From an uncultured bacterium (lineage in GTDB: Bacteria; Auribacterota; Erginobacteria; Erginobacterales; Erginobacteraceae): 64,000 nucleotides of DNA. Made by a program: the position numbers and the translations under genes. Positions 39,807 through 51,269 of the stretch are shown piece after piece; the stretch's first letter is position 1; each line of letters starts with the position of its first letter. The DNA lies in NCBI GenBank assembly GCA_963822585.1, contig CAWGIE010000011.1, positions 1-64,000 of the forward strand, written 5' to 3'. The notes beneath the pieces were generated by a model. That model ran no database searches, was not told where the DNA came from, and saw only the letters and a list, made by a program, of their open reading frames with translations.

Positions 39807-42800
39807 TTATTCCTCGGCAGCAGGGGTGACGGCGACTTTTATCTTTCGCAGAGCTTCCCCCGCCACTGCCTGCAGAGATTCGATGCCGGAATGCAGCAGT
39901 TCCAGCAAAGGCCCCTCAGCTTCGGGTTCGCCGATCTCACCCAGAGCCCAGGCGCTGGCTTTTTGGATCGGCATCTCGCCATCCGCCAAGGCTTCGATGA
40001 GAGGCTCCACGGCACGGACATCTTTTATCCTGCCCAATGAAGAAGCCGCCCGGGCACGAACGGCTGCTTCATCTTCTTTCAGCGCGATCAGAAGGGGCTC
40101 TAAGGCCGTTCTGTCGCCGACTTCTCCCAGGGCGGACGCCGCATTGGCGCGCACCCCCGGGTCCCGGTCACCGAGCAGGCCGATCAGGGGTCCGGTCACA
40201 CGGAGATCGTTGATTCTGCCCAGGGCTACGGCGACCGATCTCCGGACCCAGGAATCGTCATCTCCCACGGCTCCGATCAAGGCGTCAAGACTCTCCGATG
40301 CCCCCAGCCGCCCCAGAACAGCGGCGGCGCTGGCGCGGACCCCGCTGTCCCGGTCTTTTAAAAGGGCGGCAATCGGCTCCAGAGAGCGGGCATCGCCGAT
40401 TTTTCCCAGGGCCAGGACCCCGCTGTTCCGTACCGACGCCCGGGGATCTTTCAGCGTCTTCACGAGCGGATCCACGGCCTCCCGTCCGCCGAGATTTCCC
40501 AGAGCGAGAGCGGAGCTGGAGCGGACCCCCTCTGCCTCATCATCCAGAGCCTTGACGAGAGCCTCCACCGCGATGACTTCCCCGATCTTTCCCAGCGCGG
40601 ACGCCGCGCTGTTTCTGACCTCGCTGTTGGGATCACCCAGAGCCTCAATCAAAGGTTCCACCGCGCGCACATCCGGAATCTGGGCCAGTGCCGCGGCCGC
40701 GCTCTTCCTCACCTTCTCTCCTTCATCCTTGAGAGCTTCAATCAGGGGCATGATTACCCGGGGGTCCTTGATTCTCCCCAGCGCCTCGGCCGCGGCCCGG
40801 CGGACCCAGTTTTCGTCATCCTTCATCGCCTCCAGAAGCGGCTCCACAGCCCTGACATCTCCCAGTCTCCCCAACGCGCTGGCGGCGGCGCTCCTGATCT
40901 CCCGGTCGGCATCCTGAAGCGCCTCGATCAGCGGGTCGGCCGCCCGGACATCTCCTATCATCTCCAGGGCGGCGGCGGCGGCCACCCGGACTTCCCGTTC
41001 GTCATCCTTCATGATCCCGATCAAAAAATCCACGCTTCGCTCGCCCCCGATCCGGCCGAGGGCGGCCGCGGCACGGGCCCGGACGATCGGTTCCTCATCG
41101 GCCAGAGCCTCGATCAGCGGTTCGGTCGCTTGATCGTCACCGATCCCCCCCAGGGCGCCCGCCGCGTGAGAACGGACCTCCCGGTCCTGATCCTTGAGAG
41201 CCGTGATCAGAGGTTCTATGGAGCGGGGATCGCGGAGACCGATCAGAAGCTTTACCGCCAGGCGCCGGAGCTCCGGGTCATTATCGCCGAGCGCGGCGAT
41301 CAGGCAATCGACCGCCTTTTCATTGACAATATCCTCCAGGGCTTCCGTCGCGCTCCGACGATCCCAGCTCCTATCCTCTTTCAAGATCTGCAGGATCAGC
41401 CCGACCACTTTTTCGGATTCCATCTTTCCCAGCGCATGAGCTGACGCCCGCCGAACCCAGATCTCGCTATCTTTCAGAGCGTTGACCAGAGGCTTCATCG
41501 CCACCTCGTCTCCGATCCTTCCCAGAGCATCCGCGGCCGACCGCCGGCCGCGGGTATCGCCTTCCTGCAACTCGTCGATCAACAGCTGGACCGCGCGGTC
41601 GTCACCAAGGCGCCCCAGCATCACGGCAGCATTGCCACGGACCGCCGCTGATCCGTCTTTCAAAGATTGAATGAGAGGCCTGATCGCCTCTTCGCCCCCG
41701 ATCCGGCCGAGAGCGTCGACGGCGGCTCTTCTCACCCAGCTCTCAGGATCTTTGAGCGCCTTGACCAGGGGGTCAAGCGCCCGCCGATCCCCCAGTTCGC
41801 CCAGAGCGCCGGCCGACCGGCTGCGGACGCCCCGGTTCTTATCTTGCAAACCCCGGATAAGAGGAGGAACGGCCCGGGAGTCCCCGATCCTCCCCAGAGC
41901 GTCGATGGCGGCTCGCTGAACCTGGCTCTCCGGGTCGTCAAGCAGCTCGATCAGCTCCGGGACCGATTCCCTGGCCCCTATTTTTCCCAGCGTCAGGGCG
42001 CCCCGAACGCGAACCGCGGCTTCCTGGTCTTTTAAAGCCGCCACCAGAGACCGGATCACCTTTTGAGTCTGGAACGATCCCAGAAGACTGATAGCCAGCT
42101 TTCGGACGTGCTCGTTTTCATCGTTCATGATCTCCAGCAGCCGGTCGAGAACGTCTTCATTGATTACTTTCTCCAGGGCGCGGCCGGCGGTCCTGACCAC
42201 TTCCGGGTCAACATCCTTCAACGCGGAAACAACGGTGTCTATCGCCTCCGGATCGCCGATCTCTCCCAGGGCGAAGACAGCGGCCGCCCGCACGGAAGAA
42301 TCTTCATCGGACGCCGCCGTGATCAGGGGATAGAGTGCGCGGGGTTCTTTCAGATCCCCCAGCGCGAGAATCGTCGCCCGGCGGACCGCAGCGACGCGGT
42401 CAGGCAGGGTCTCTAGAAGACTATCGGCGGCACGCCGGCCGCCGATCATGCCCAGGGATCGGGCCACCGTCTCACGGACCATGCTGGAATCATATTTCAA
42501 CGTTTCGACCAGGGGCTCCACCGCCTCCTCGTCGCCGATGGCCCCCAGAGCGGCGGCGGCCTGTTTCCGCTCCTCCAGGCTTCCTTCCCGCAGCGTCTTC
42601 AAAGTCACCAGCAGGGCGGCGGAATCCGCAAAAGTTTTAAAAGCGGCCAGAACGGCACTTCTCACGACGCGGGGGGAAACGTCCATCAATTCGATCAGGG
42701 GCCCCAGCGCCCGCTTGTCGGCGATAGCGGCAAGGGCGTTAACCGCACCCACAATGACCGGGATGGAATCATCCCGCAACATCTCCAGAAGCGCTTCGAC

Positions 42801-44540
42801 CGCTTCTCCGGCTCCGATCTTTCCCAGGGCCTCTACCGCGGCGGCCCTGACCATACTCTCCTCTGAATGCAACGCGAAAAGCAGCTTCCCCGTCGCTGAG
42901 CGGTCCCCGATAGCGCCAAGAGCATCCGCGGCTGCCGCCTGTACCACAGGCTGAGAAGATTCCAGCAATTCCAGAATCGGCGGCAGGGCCCGTTCATCAC
43001 CCAATCCGCCCAAAGCTTTGACGGCGCTGATCCTCACTTCCCGTTCATCGTCTCCCAGAACCTCGATCAGGGGCATCACCGCTTCCGACATCCCGATCCT
43101 GCCCAGAGCCTCGGCGGCGCTGCTGCGGACCGCGCGATCACCGTCCCGGAGAGCCACGATCAACGGCTTGAGGCCGAGCTCGCTCCCGATCTTCCCCAGA
43201 GCCTCGGCGGCACTTCTCCTAACCGCGCTCTCCTCATCTTGCAGTGCGCCAACCAGGGATTTGAGCGACCGGGCGCTCCCGATCTTGCCCAGCAGGGAAA
43301 TCGCCAGACCGCGGTCTTCCGGTTCGCCGGTATTGATGACTGCCTGGAGCGCTTCCAGAGACCGCTCATCTACCAGGAGATCCAGAACCTGTTCTATGCT
43401 CTCCCGGACGCGCCCCTCAACCTCTTTGAAAGCCGCGACCAGCGGGCCGACGGCCCGGACATCGTTGATCTCGCCCAAAGCAAAAATGGCGCTGATTTTG
43501 AGGTCGGCGTCCTCGTCTCGGAAAGCCTGGATCAACGGGATAACAGCACGGGGATCGCCGAGCTTCCCCAGGGCGGCGGCGGCGGCACGGCGGACCCCGA
43601 TCTCGTCACTCCTGAGTGCCTTAATCAATACCGGGACCGCTTTCCTCCTGCCCACCTGATCGAGGATCGCCGCCGCCAGTTCCTGTATTCGTTCTTCCTC
43701 CTGGCGTTCTTTGCGCCGAGCCGGACTCTCTTCTTCCGCTTCTTCCTTACTTTGCTCAGCGACCTCCTCCACTTTCTCCACCGCCGCGGCGCGGACCCGC
43801 GCCAGTGCCGGCGCAGCCGGGGCCCGGCGGCGACCGGCGGCGCCCAGGGCGGCGATCAGGGGATCCACCGCCCGTTTTTCCCCGATCTCCCCCAGAGCAA
43901 GAGCGGCACTGATACAAACCCGCGCTTCTTTATCTTCCAGGGTTTCGATCAGGGGATTGACCGCACTCTCCAGCCGGAGCATGCCCAGGGCGACGGCGGC
44001 GCTGTTCCTCACCTCGGCCGCGGCATCTCCCAACGCGGTAACCAGGGGCTCCCCCGCCCGCGGGTCTTCACTTTTCCCCAGAGCCAGGGCGACACCAGAG
44101 CGGCACTCCTCCTTCTTTTCTTGCGCCAGCATCTCGATCAGCGTAACGACACTCCGCTCGTCCCTGATGCCTCCCAGAGCGAGCGCCGCCGCCGACCGGA
44201 CACCGGCTTCCTTGTCATGTACAGCCGTAAGAAGAGATTCGAGGGCTTTGATATCCTCGAACCCGGCCAGCCCTTCGGCGGCAGCCTGGCGCACTTCCGC
44301 CACTTCATCCTTCAAGAGGCCGATCAGGGGTTCAATCGCCCGGGCGTCGCCGATCTTTCCCAGCGCCCGCGCCGCCGCGGCGCGCGCCTCTGCTTCTTCA
44401 TCCCGCAGGACAGCGAGTACCGCGGGGACGGTAAAGGGATTACCGATCTTTCCCAGAGTCTCCACGGTCATCACCCGGATTGGCGGAGATGGATTTGAGA
44501 GCGCTCGGGTCAGATCTTCAATGTCATTCTTCAGCGGCAT
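39807..44540 (-). CDS. Giant HEAT/PBS-lyase repeat protein (1577 aa)
   Basis: Almost entirely ~31-aa repeats VR..AA.ALG.IGD.RAV.PLI.AL.D. Confidence 0.93.
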   Translation of the reverse strand: MPLKNDIEDLTRALSNPSPPIRVMTVETLGKIGNPFTVPAVLAVLRDEEAEARAAAARALGKIGDARAIEPLIGLLKDEVAEVRQAAAEGLAGFEDIKALESLLTAVHDKEAGVRSAAALALGGIRDERSVVTLIEMLAQEKKEECRSGVALALGKSEDPRAGEPLVTALGDAAAEVRNSAAVALGMLRLESAVNPLIETLEDKEARVCISAALALGEIGEKRAVDPLIAALGAAGRRRAPAAPALARVRAAAVEKVEEVAEQSKEEAEEESPARRKERQEEERIQELAAAILDQVGRRKAVPVLIKALRSDEIGVRRAAAAALGKLGDPRAVIPLIQAFRDEDADLKISAIFALGEINDVRAVGPLVAAFKEVEGRVRESIEQVLDLLVDERSLEALQAVINTGEPEDRGLAISLLGKIGSARSLKSLVGALQDEESAVRRSAAEALGKIGSELGLKPLIVALRDGDRAVRSSAAEALGRIGMSEAVMPLIEVLGDDEREVRISAVKALGGLGDERALPPILELLESSQPVVQAAAADALGAIGDRSATGKLLFALHSEESMVRAAAVEALGKIGAGEAVEALLEMLRDDSIPVIVGAVNALAAIADKRALGPLIELMDVSPRVVRSAVLAAFKTFADSAALLVTLKTLREGSLEERKQAAAALGAIGDEEAVEPLVETLKYDSSMVRETVARSLGMIGGRRAADSLLETLPDRVAAVRRATILALGDLKEPRALYPLITAASDEDSSVRAAAVFALGEIGDPEAIDTVVSALKDVDPEVVRTAGRALEKVINEDVLDRLLEIMNDENEHVRKLAISLLGSFQTQKVIRSLVAALKDQEAAVRVRGALTLGKIGARESVPELIELLDDPESQVQRAAIDALGRIGDSRAVPPLIRGLQDKNRGVRSRSAGALGELGDRRALDPLVKALKDPESWVRRAAVDALGRIGGEEAIRPLIQSLKDGSAAVRGNAAVMLGRLGDDRAVQLLIDELQEGDTRGRRSAADALGRIGDEVAMKPLVNALKDSEIWVRRASAHALGKMESEKVVGLILQILKEDRSWDRRSATEALEDIVNEKAVDCLIAALGDNDPELRRLAVKLLIGLRDPRSIEPLITALKDQDREVRSHAAGALGGIGDDQATEPLIEALADEEPIVRARAAAALGRIGGERSVDFLIGIMKDDEREVRVAAAAALEMIGDVRAADPLIEALQDADREIRSAAASALGRLGDVRAVEPLLEAMKDDENWVRRAAAEALGRIKDPRVIMPLIEALKDEGEKVRKSAAAALAQIPDVRAVEPLIEALGDPNSEVRNSAASALGKIGEVIAVEALVKALDDEAEGVRSSSALALGNLGGREAVDPLVKTLKDPRASVRNSGVLALGKIGDARSLEPIAALLKDRDSGVRASAAAVLGRLGASESLDALIGAVGDDDSWVRRSVAVALGRINDLRVTGPLIGLLGDRDPGVRANAASALGEVGDRTALEPLLIALKEDEAAVRARAASSLGRIKDVRAVEPLIEALADGEMPIQKASAWALGEIGEPEAEGPLLELLHSGIESLQAVAGEALRKIKVAVTPAAEE

Positions 44541-44687
44541 ACTATTTTTACCCCCGTAAAATAATAATGTTCCGATTCTTAAATACCAAGGGAAAATATG
44601 CGTAATACCCCATTTTACTATGAGATTGATACGCTGTTAATTAAAAGTTGCTCTTTCTCATCCTCTGATGATACTTTTTCCTTGGCT

Positions 44688-44753
44688 TTAACCCGATTTA
44701 TTCCTGCCTGCCGGCCGGCATCAATCAGGTTAGTTTTGAACGACAATCATTAA
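44688..44753 (-). mobile_element. Internally deleted mini-derivative of the 290-bp element
   Basis: TTAACCCGATTTATTC[CTGCCTGCCGGCCGGC]ATCAATCAGGTTAGTTTTGAAC-GACAATCATTAA. Confidence 0.7.
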
Positions 44754-44777
44754 TCGTTATCAAAGGATGTAACAAAA

Positions 44778-45176
44778 ATGGAAAAAATAATCACCGTCAC
44801 ATTCCCCGGCAAAAAAAGAGTAAACGCCCAGATAGGAGATATTGTTATCCGGACCGACCAGACCCCGAAGAACGGGGGTGACGGCTCCGCTCCGGAACCG
44901 TTTCAACTGTTTTTAACTTCAATCGCGACCTGTGCCGGCTTATACGCGCTCGAGTTCTGCCGGGCGCGGGACCTCTCCCTGGAGGGGCTGGCCCTCAGAA
45001 TGACCTGCGATTTCAACCCGGAAAAGAAACTGTATACGTCGATGACGATCGATCTCACGCTCCCGGCCGACTTCCCGGAAAAATTTGTTCCGGCCATTAT
45101 CCGTTCCATGGACCTCTGTACGGTGAAGAAACACATACTTCATCCACCCGAGTTCAAGATCAGGACATCCCGCTGA
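44778..45176 (+). CDS. OsmC/YcaO-N-like family protein
   Basis: TDQ...GGDGSAPEPFQLFLTSIATCAG ... LCTVKKHI. Confidence 0.9.
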   Translation: MEKIITVTFPGKKRVNAQIGDIVIRTDQTPKNGGDGSAPEPFQLFLTSIATCAGLYALEFCRARDLSLEGLALRMTCDFNPEKKLYTSMTIDLTLPADFPEKFVPAIIRSMDLCTVKKHILHPPEFKIRTSR

Positions 45177-45215
45177 GACCTTATTAAATCAAAAGCGTGC
45201 CCATTTCTCATAATA

Positions 45216-45492
45216 AATCCCAAATCACAAGCACCAAATAACAAATAAATCACAAATTCTAAATCCCAATGACCGAAACTGACAACCGGCAACGCTGGAT
45301 TGATTATTGATATTTTTTCAGAATAGAGATTGCTTCGTCGCGTAGTCTACCCCGATTTATCGGGGCTCCTCGCAATGACATGCCATCCATTTTATGTTCT
45401 CCTTAATGAATCAGATGCCGCCCGATCGTTTGTAATTTCGGTCATTGGAATTTGGAATTTGTTTGTTATTTGGGATTTGATATTTGGAATTT
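45216..45492. repeat. Heptamer inverted-arm element enclosing a GTCATTGCGAG-type REP (about 45326-45379)
   Basis: AAATCCCAAATCACAAGCACCAAATAAC... / ...TTGGAATTTG..TTGGGATTTG; inner GAGATTGCTTCGTCG...CTCCTCGCAATGAC. Confidence 0.7.
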
Positions 45493-45554
45493 TTTCCATA
45501 CACCATGATTAGAACATTGCAATGCCCGATAATGTATAGATACTTAGGTAAGTG

Positions 45555-46406
45555 ATGCATCTTCTCTCTTTCATCTACTGGGATTGCCCCCGGGAGCTGG
45601 CTCGCCTCGGTCCGGTTACCATCCGGTGGTATGGGGTACTCTTCGCGCTCGCCTTCTTCTTCGGATATCTGATCCTTCAGATGATATTCCGGCGGGAGCA
45701 CGAACCGGAGAAAGATCTGGGGACGCTCCTGATGTATCTCCTGGGAGGCACGCTGATCGGCGCCCGGCTGGGGCACTGTTTTTTTTATGAACCGGGGTAT
45801 TACCTGAGCCGGCCGGCGGAGATCATCCGGATCTGGGAAGGAGGTCTGGCCAGTCACGGCGCCGCCGCCGGCATTCTGATCGCGCTCTATTTTTATACCC
45901 GGTCCCGGCCCGGACAACCGTACCTGTGGATCCTCGACCGGCTCGCGATCCCGGTCGCCCTCGGAGGAGCCTTGATCCGCCTGGGAAATCTCTTCAATTC
46001 GGAGATCGTGGGCACGCCTTCCCGGCTGCCCTGGGCATTCGTATTTCCCCGGGCGACGGGAGGACTTCCGGTCCCGCGCCACCCGGCGATGCTTTACGAG
46101 GCCGGAGCGTATTTACTGATCTTTTTAATCCTCCTTCTCGTCTACAAAAAACAGGGGAGCCGGGTGCCCCGCGGCGAGCTGATCGGTCTCTTTTTAATCA
46201 CGATCTTCGGCTCGCGTTTCCTGATTGAATTCGTCAAAATGCGGCAGGCAGCCTACCGGCTCCCCCTCCCCCTGAGCGTCGGCCAGGCACTCAGCATCCC
46301 GGTCATCATCGCCGGGGTTGTTCTCCTGGTCAGAAGCCGGACAAAAAAGATACCCTCCCCGAGCCGCAAAGGAAAAAAGCGAGCCAGGATCACTCACACC
46401 CGATGA
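45555..46406 (+). CDS. lgt: Prolipoprotein diacylglyceryl transferase
   Basis: IRWYG, GARLGH, IWEGGLASHG, RLGNLFNSEIVG, RHPAMLYE. Confidence 0.96.
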   Translation: MHLLSFIYWDCPRELARLGPVTIRWYGVLFALAFFFGYLILQMIFRREHEPEKDLGTLLMYLLGGTLIGARLGHCFFYEPGYYLSRPAEIIRIWEGGLASHGAAAGILIALYFYTRSRPGQPYLWILDRLAIPVALGGALIRLGNLFNSEIVGTPSRLPWAFVFPRATGGLPVPRHPAMLYEAGAYLLIFLILLLVYKKQGSRVPRGELIGLFLITIFGSRFLIEFVKMRQAAYRLPLPLSVGQALSIPVIIAGVVLLVRSRTKKIPSPSRKGKKRARITHTR

Positions 46407-47218
46407 TGAACTCCCCCCCCGGCAGCGGCGACTATCATTCACCGGAAAGGAAGCTCGGCTGGGCCTCCCGGGCGGCCCCGGGGACGATTTTCTACCTGAA
46501 ACTTTTACAGATCGTGCTTGCGGCCGGGCGCGCGGCCCGGCGGGGGGAATATACCGACGCCGACTGGATCCGTTCCAGCCGGGCGATCCTGACGGCTCTG
46601 GAAGAGGCCGGGGTCCGGGTAACGGTTGCGAATACCGCCTCATTCATTGACTTACCGGAAGCCTGCGTATTCGCCGGCAACCACATGAGCGTCCTGGAGA
46701 CCTTTGTCCTCCCCGGGATCATCCAGCCCTACCGGGACGTGACCTTCGTCGTCAAAGAGAGTTTGCTCTCCTACCCCGTCTTCAGCCACGTTCTGGCCAG
46801 CCGGCGTCCGATCGTCGTCTCCCGGAGGAACCCCCGCCGGGACCTGGAGATCGTTCTCCGGGAAGGAACGGAACGTCTGAAAAACGCTTCATCGATCATC
46901 CTCTTCCCCCAGACCAACCGCTCTCCCTTCTTCTCCCCCGGAGAGTTTAATTCGCTGGGGGTGAAGCTGGCCCGGCGCGGCGGCGTGCCGGTTATCCCCA
47001 TCGCCCTCAAAACCGACGCCTGGGCGACGGGGAAGCGGATACGAGACCTGGGCAGGATTTTCCCGCGGATCCCGGTTCACATAACATTCGGAGAGCCGGT
47101 ACCGGTAACCGGGAGCGGAAAGGAAGCCCAGGAAAGAATCGTCCGGTTCATCTCCGGACGGCTGAGGGAATGGGGAGTGGGAAACGGTGAAAATTCAACG
47201 TTGAACGTTCAACGTTGA
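46403..47218 (+). CDS. 1-acyl-sn-glycerol-3-phosphate acyltransferase (PlsC-like)
   Basis: GNHMSVLE, FVVKESL, LFPQTNR, PVIPIA. Confidence 0.85.
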   Translation: MMNSPPGSGDYHSPERKLGWASRAAPGTIFYLKLLQIVLAAGRAARRGEYTDADWIRSSRAILTALEEAGVRVTVANTASFIDLPEACVFAGNHMSVLETFVLPGIIQPYRDVTFVVKESLLSYPVFSHVLASRRPIVVSRRNPRRDLEIVLREGTERLKNASSIILFPQTNRSPFFSPGEFNSLGVKLARRGGVPVIPIALKTDAWATGKRIRDLGRIFPRIPVHITFGEPVPVTGSGKEAQERIVRFISGRLREWGVGNGENSTLNVQR

Positions 47219-47229
47219 ACGTTCAATGT

Positions 47230-47646
47230 TCAATCAGCCGGGGCATCGGTCTTCCCGGATGTCTCTCCAGCCGCTTCCGGCGCCGGCTCAACGGAAGCGG
47301 GCGCGGCCGCTTCCGGCGCTGCTCCGGTCTCTCCTCCTTCCGCCGGGATGGCTTCCGGAGAAGCGGGCATCTCCATGCCGGCCGCTTCGATCTCCCTGGT
47401 CAGAGAAGAAGTTTTCTGAGCGGAAAGAAAAGCGAGGACCAGGGAAAAAAGCATGAAGCAGATCGCCAGGACGGTAGTGGATTTTGTCATGATGTCTCCG
47501 GTCCGGGCCCCGAAGATTGTCTGGCCGCCGCCGCCGGAACCGAAGATACCGGCCAGACCGCCTCCCCGGCCGGATTGCAAAAGAACAACCACGATCAACG
47601 CCACACAGATGAGGACATAGAGGACAATTAAAATGGTGAACAACAT
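47230..47646 (-). CDS. secG: Preprotein translocase subunit SecG
   Basis: [17 protein letters not shown], second TM, downstream of tpiA; RBS AAGGAG. Confidence 0.95.
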   Translation of the reverse strand: MLFTILIVLYVLICVALIVVVLLQSGRGGGLAGIFGSGGGGQTIFGARTGDIMTKSTTVLAICFMLFSLVLAFLSAQKTSSLTREIEAAGMEMPASPEAIPAEGGETGAAPEAAAPASVEPAPEAAGETSGKTDAPAD

Positions 47647-47661
47647 GAATACAATCTCCTT

Positions 47662-47693
47662 ATAAATTAGCGGCTTCGCCGCTAATTTAGTGA
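47662..47693. repeat. 32-bp hairpin element upstream of the secG RBS
   Basis: ATAAATTAGCGGCTTCGCCGCTAATTTAGTGA, identical to 53901-53932. Confidence 0.88.
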
Positions 47694-47840
47694 ATTTTTC
47701 ACTCTTCAAACTAAAAACAGATTGATAATAGTCTAAAAATTAGTTCGTATCCAACAGCTCAATCCATAACGGTAAGCCTTTAGCATTATATAGAAAAAAA
47801 CAAAAATTGTTATCTTGGTTGCTTTAAAGAAAAAATAATA

Positions 47841-48599
47841 TCACATGGCGCTGTAGCGAGCAATGGCTATGAACGAACCGGCCTCCAGGCTGGCACCGCC
47901 GACCAGAAATCCGTCCACGTCCGTCTCGGCGATCAGGGACCGGGCATTGTCGGGTTTCACGCTCCCCCCGTACAGGATACGGACACCGCCGGCAATCGTG
48001 TCATTGTAATGTTCCGCGAAAAGTTCCCGGATAAAACGATGGGTGGCGCCGGCCTGCCGGGGCGTCGCCGTCATCCCGGTCCCGATCGCCCAGATCGGTT
48101 CATAGGCAACGACAATCCGGGAAATCCACTCCGAGCCGATCCCCCGGATATCCATCCCCAGCTGCTTCCGCAAAAACTCCTTGGTGACCTTCTGCTCCCT
48201 CTTCTCCAGAGATTCCCCCACGCAGAGGATCGGGGTCAGGGCGGAGACAATCGCAGCCTTTAATTTTTTATTCACGATCTCATCGGTATCCCCGAAATGT
48301 TCTCTCCTTTCCGAATGGCCGATGATGACATAGCTGCATCCCGCCGATTTGAGCATCGGTCCGGAGATCGCTCCCGTAAAGGCCCCGGAGTCCTCCCAGA
48401 AGAGATCCTGGCCGCCCAAAGAGATATTGCTCCCCTGAAGCAGGTCGGCAACCGGTTTCAGATCAACGAACGGCGGACAGATGAGCAGGTCGGCGCCGGT
48501 AAACCCGGCAAGGTCCCGTTTCAACGCCCCCGCCAGATCCAGCGCCTCGGGGATTGCCTTATGGAGCTTCCAGTTACCGGCGACCAATGGCTTCCTCAT
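47841..48599 (-). CDS. tpiA: Triosephosphate isomerase
   Basis: VAGNWK, IIGHSERR, AYEPIWAIGTG, YGGSVKP, LVGGASL. Confidence 0.98.
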   Translation of the reverse strand: MRKPLVAGNWKLHKAIPEALDLAGALKRDLAGFTGADLLICPPFVDLKPVADLLQGSNISLGGQDLFWEDSGAFTGAISGPMLKSAGCSYVIIGHSERREHFGDTDEIVNKKLKAAIVSALTPILCVGESLEKREQKVTKEFLRKQLGMDIRGIGSEWISRIVVAYEPIWAIGTGMTATPRQAGATHRFIRELFAEHYNDTIAGGVRILYGGSVKPDNARSLIAETDVDGFLVGGASLEAGSFIAIARYSAM

Positions 48600-48618
48600 T
48601 ATTCTCTCCAATCCACGC

Positions 48619-49836
48619 TTATTTTTCCGACAGGGCGGCGATGCCGGGAAGGACTTTCCCTTCCAGGAACTCCAGGGAGGCCCCGCCCCCGGTTGAGATA
48701 TGGGAGATCCGGTCGGCCAGACCGCTCCGGTTGACCGCGGCCACGGAATCACCCCCGCCGATGATGGAGAGGGCGGAGGATTCGGCCAGGGAGCGGGCGA
48801 CGGCCAGCGTTCCCGCGGCAAAAGGCTTCATCTCGAAGACACCCATCGGACCGTTCCAGACAACGGTCCCGGCTTTCCCAATCTTTTCGCCGTAGAGCCG
48901 GGCGGTCTGCGGACCGATGTCCATGCCCATCCAGCCGGACTCGATCCCGTCCCGGGGGACGACCCTGACCGCGGCATCTTCAGAGAACCGGTCGGCCACA
49001 ACATGGTCGATCGGGAGAAGGACCTTAACCCCCCGGCCATCGGCCTTTTTCAGGATTTCCCTGACCAGTCCGGTGACATCGATGGTCTTTCCCATCTTGT
49101 CTTCGATGATCTCCTCGACCCGGGAGTCGCCGACCGGGACCCCGATCGCCTTCATGAACGTATAGGCCATGGCGCCCCCGATCAGGATTGAATCAACGCG
49201 GCGAACCAGGTTCTCGATCACCTTGATCTTGTCGGAAACCTTGGCTCCGCCGAGGATGGCGATAAAGGGACGCGCCGGGTCCGTGAGGGCTTTGCCCAGG
49301 TAATCGATCTCTTTCTGGAGGAGGAAGCCGGCGGCGCAGCGGTCGATGTAGGAGGTCACCCCGACCATGGAGGCGTGGGCCCGGTGCGCGGTGCCGAAGG
49401 CGTCGTCGATGTAGACATCGGCCAGGGAGGCGAGTTCACGGGCGAAGGCGTCGTCTCCCGCCTCCTCTCCGGGATAAAACCGGAGGTTCTCCAGGAGGAC
49501 GACGTCACCGTCCTTCATCTTCCCTACCACCTCCTGCACCCGGGGCCCGATGCAGTCATCAACGAACAGCACCTTCTTATCGAGCAGCTCGGAGAGACGG
49601 ACCGCCACCGGAGCCAGACTGTATTTCGGGTCCTTCTTCCCTTTCGGACGGCCAAGGTGGGAGATCAGGATCGCTTTCCCGCCGTGCTCGATCACATACC
49701 TGATCGTGGGCAGGGCGGCCCGGATCCGGGTATCGTCGGTGATCCGGCGGCTTTCATCGAGCGGAACATTGAAGTCAACCCTGACCAGGACCCGCCGACC
49801 CTTCAGATCAAGGTCTTTTATCCCCAGTTTAGCCAT
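48619..49836 (-). CDS. pgk: Phosphoglycerate kinase
   Basis: [45 protein letters not shown]. Confidence 0.99.
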   Translation of the reverse strand: MAKLGIKDLDLKGRRVLVRVDFNVPLDESRRITDDTRIRAALPTIRYVIEHGGKAILISHLGRPKGKKDPKYSLAPVAVRLSELLDKKVLFVDDCIGPRVQEVVGKMKDGDVVLLENLRFYPGEEAGDDAFARELASLADVYIDDAFGTAHRAHASMVGVTSYIDRCAAGFLLQKEIDYLGKALTDPARPFIAILGGAKVSDKIKVIENLVRRVDSILIGGAMAYTFMKAIGVPVGDSRVEEIIEDKMGKTIDVTGLVREILKKADGRGVKVLLPIDHVVADRFSEDAAVRVVPRDGIESGWMGMDIGPQTARLYGEKIGKAGTVVWNGPMGVFEMKPFAAGTLAVARSLAESSALSIIGGGDSVAAVNRSGLADRISHISTGGGASLEFLEGKVLPGIAALSEK

Positions 49837-49861
49837 TGGAACTTAACCCTCTCTTCGTTCG

Positions 49862-49960
49862 GGGAGCAGGAGTATTGGAGTGATGGAGTAGTGGAGTATT
49901 GGGAGCCGGGCCCGTGGCTTTCACGCACCCCATCACTCCATTATTCCAACACTCCAACAC
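49862..49960. repeat. Octamer-based inverted-repeat element (family of 4731-4821)
   Basis: GGAGTATTGGAGTGATGGAGTAGTGGAGTATT ... CCATCACTCCATTATTCCAACACTCCAAC. Confidence 0.75.
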
Positions 49961-50014
49961 CCCATATCACAATATATTATGGATATTATGGTAATGACCT
50001 GCTACCGCCGTTGA

Positions 50015-51037
<1,023 letters not shown>

Positions 51038-51269
51038 TTAATCAGTGCGCCGGCACGGCGCGTTTTATCAGTGTGGCGAATTCTACTATGCTGTGACACT
51101 CAGTCAAGGGTTTTAACCCGATGTGCCTCGTCCGACGGCGGACAAACATCGGATCGACTTGAAAATACGGCCACGTATTATATCCATGACACCGGAACCA
51201 TCGGGGGAAATGAATCATCCCGGGCCATCCCGGGGTATTTGAAACCGAGAGCGGGGATGGCCACGATCA

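Noticed and set aside
39826..44559. Long plus-strand ORFs opposite the HEAT gene (and similar ones opposite mltF, uvrB, ftsA)
   Set aside because: GC-rich antisense shadows with no recognisable motifs
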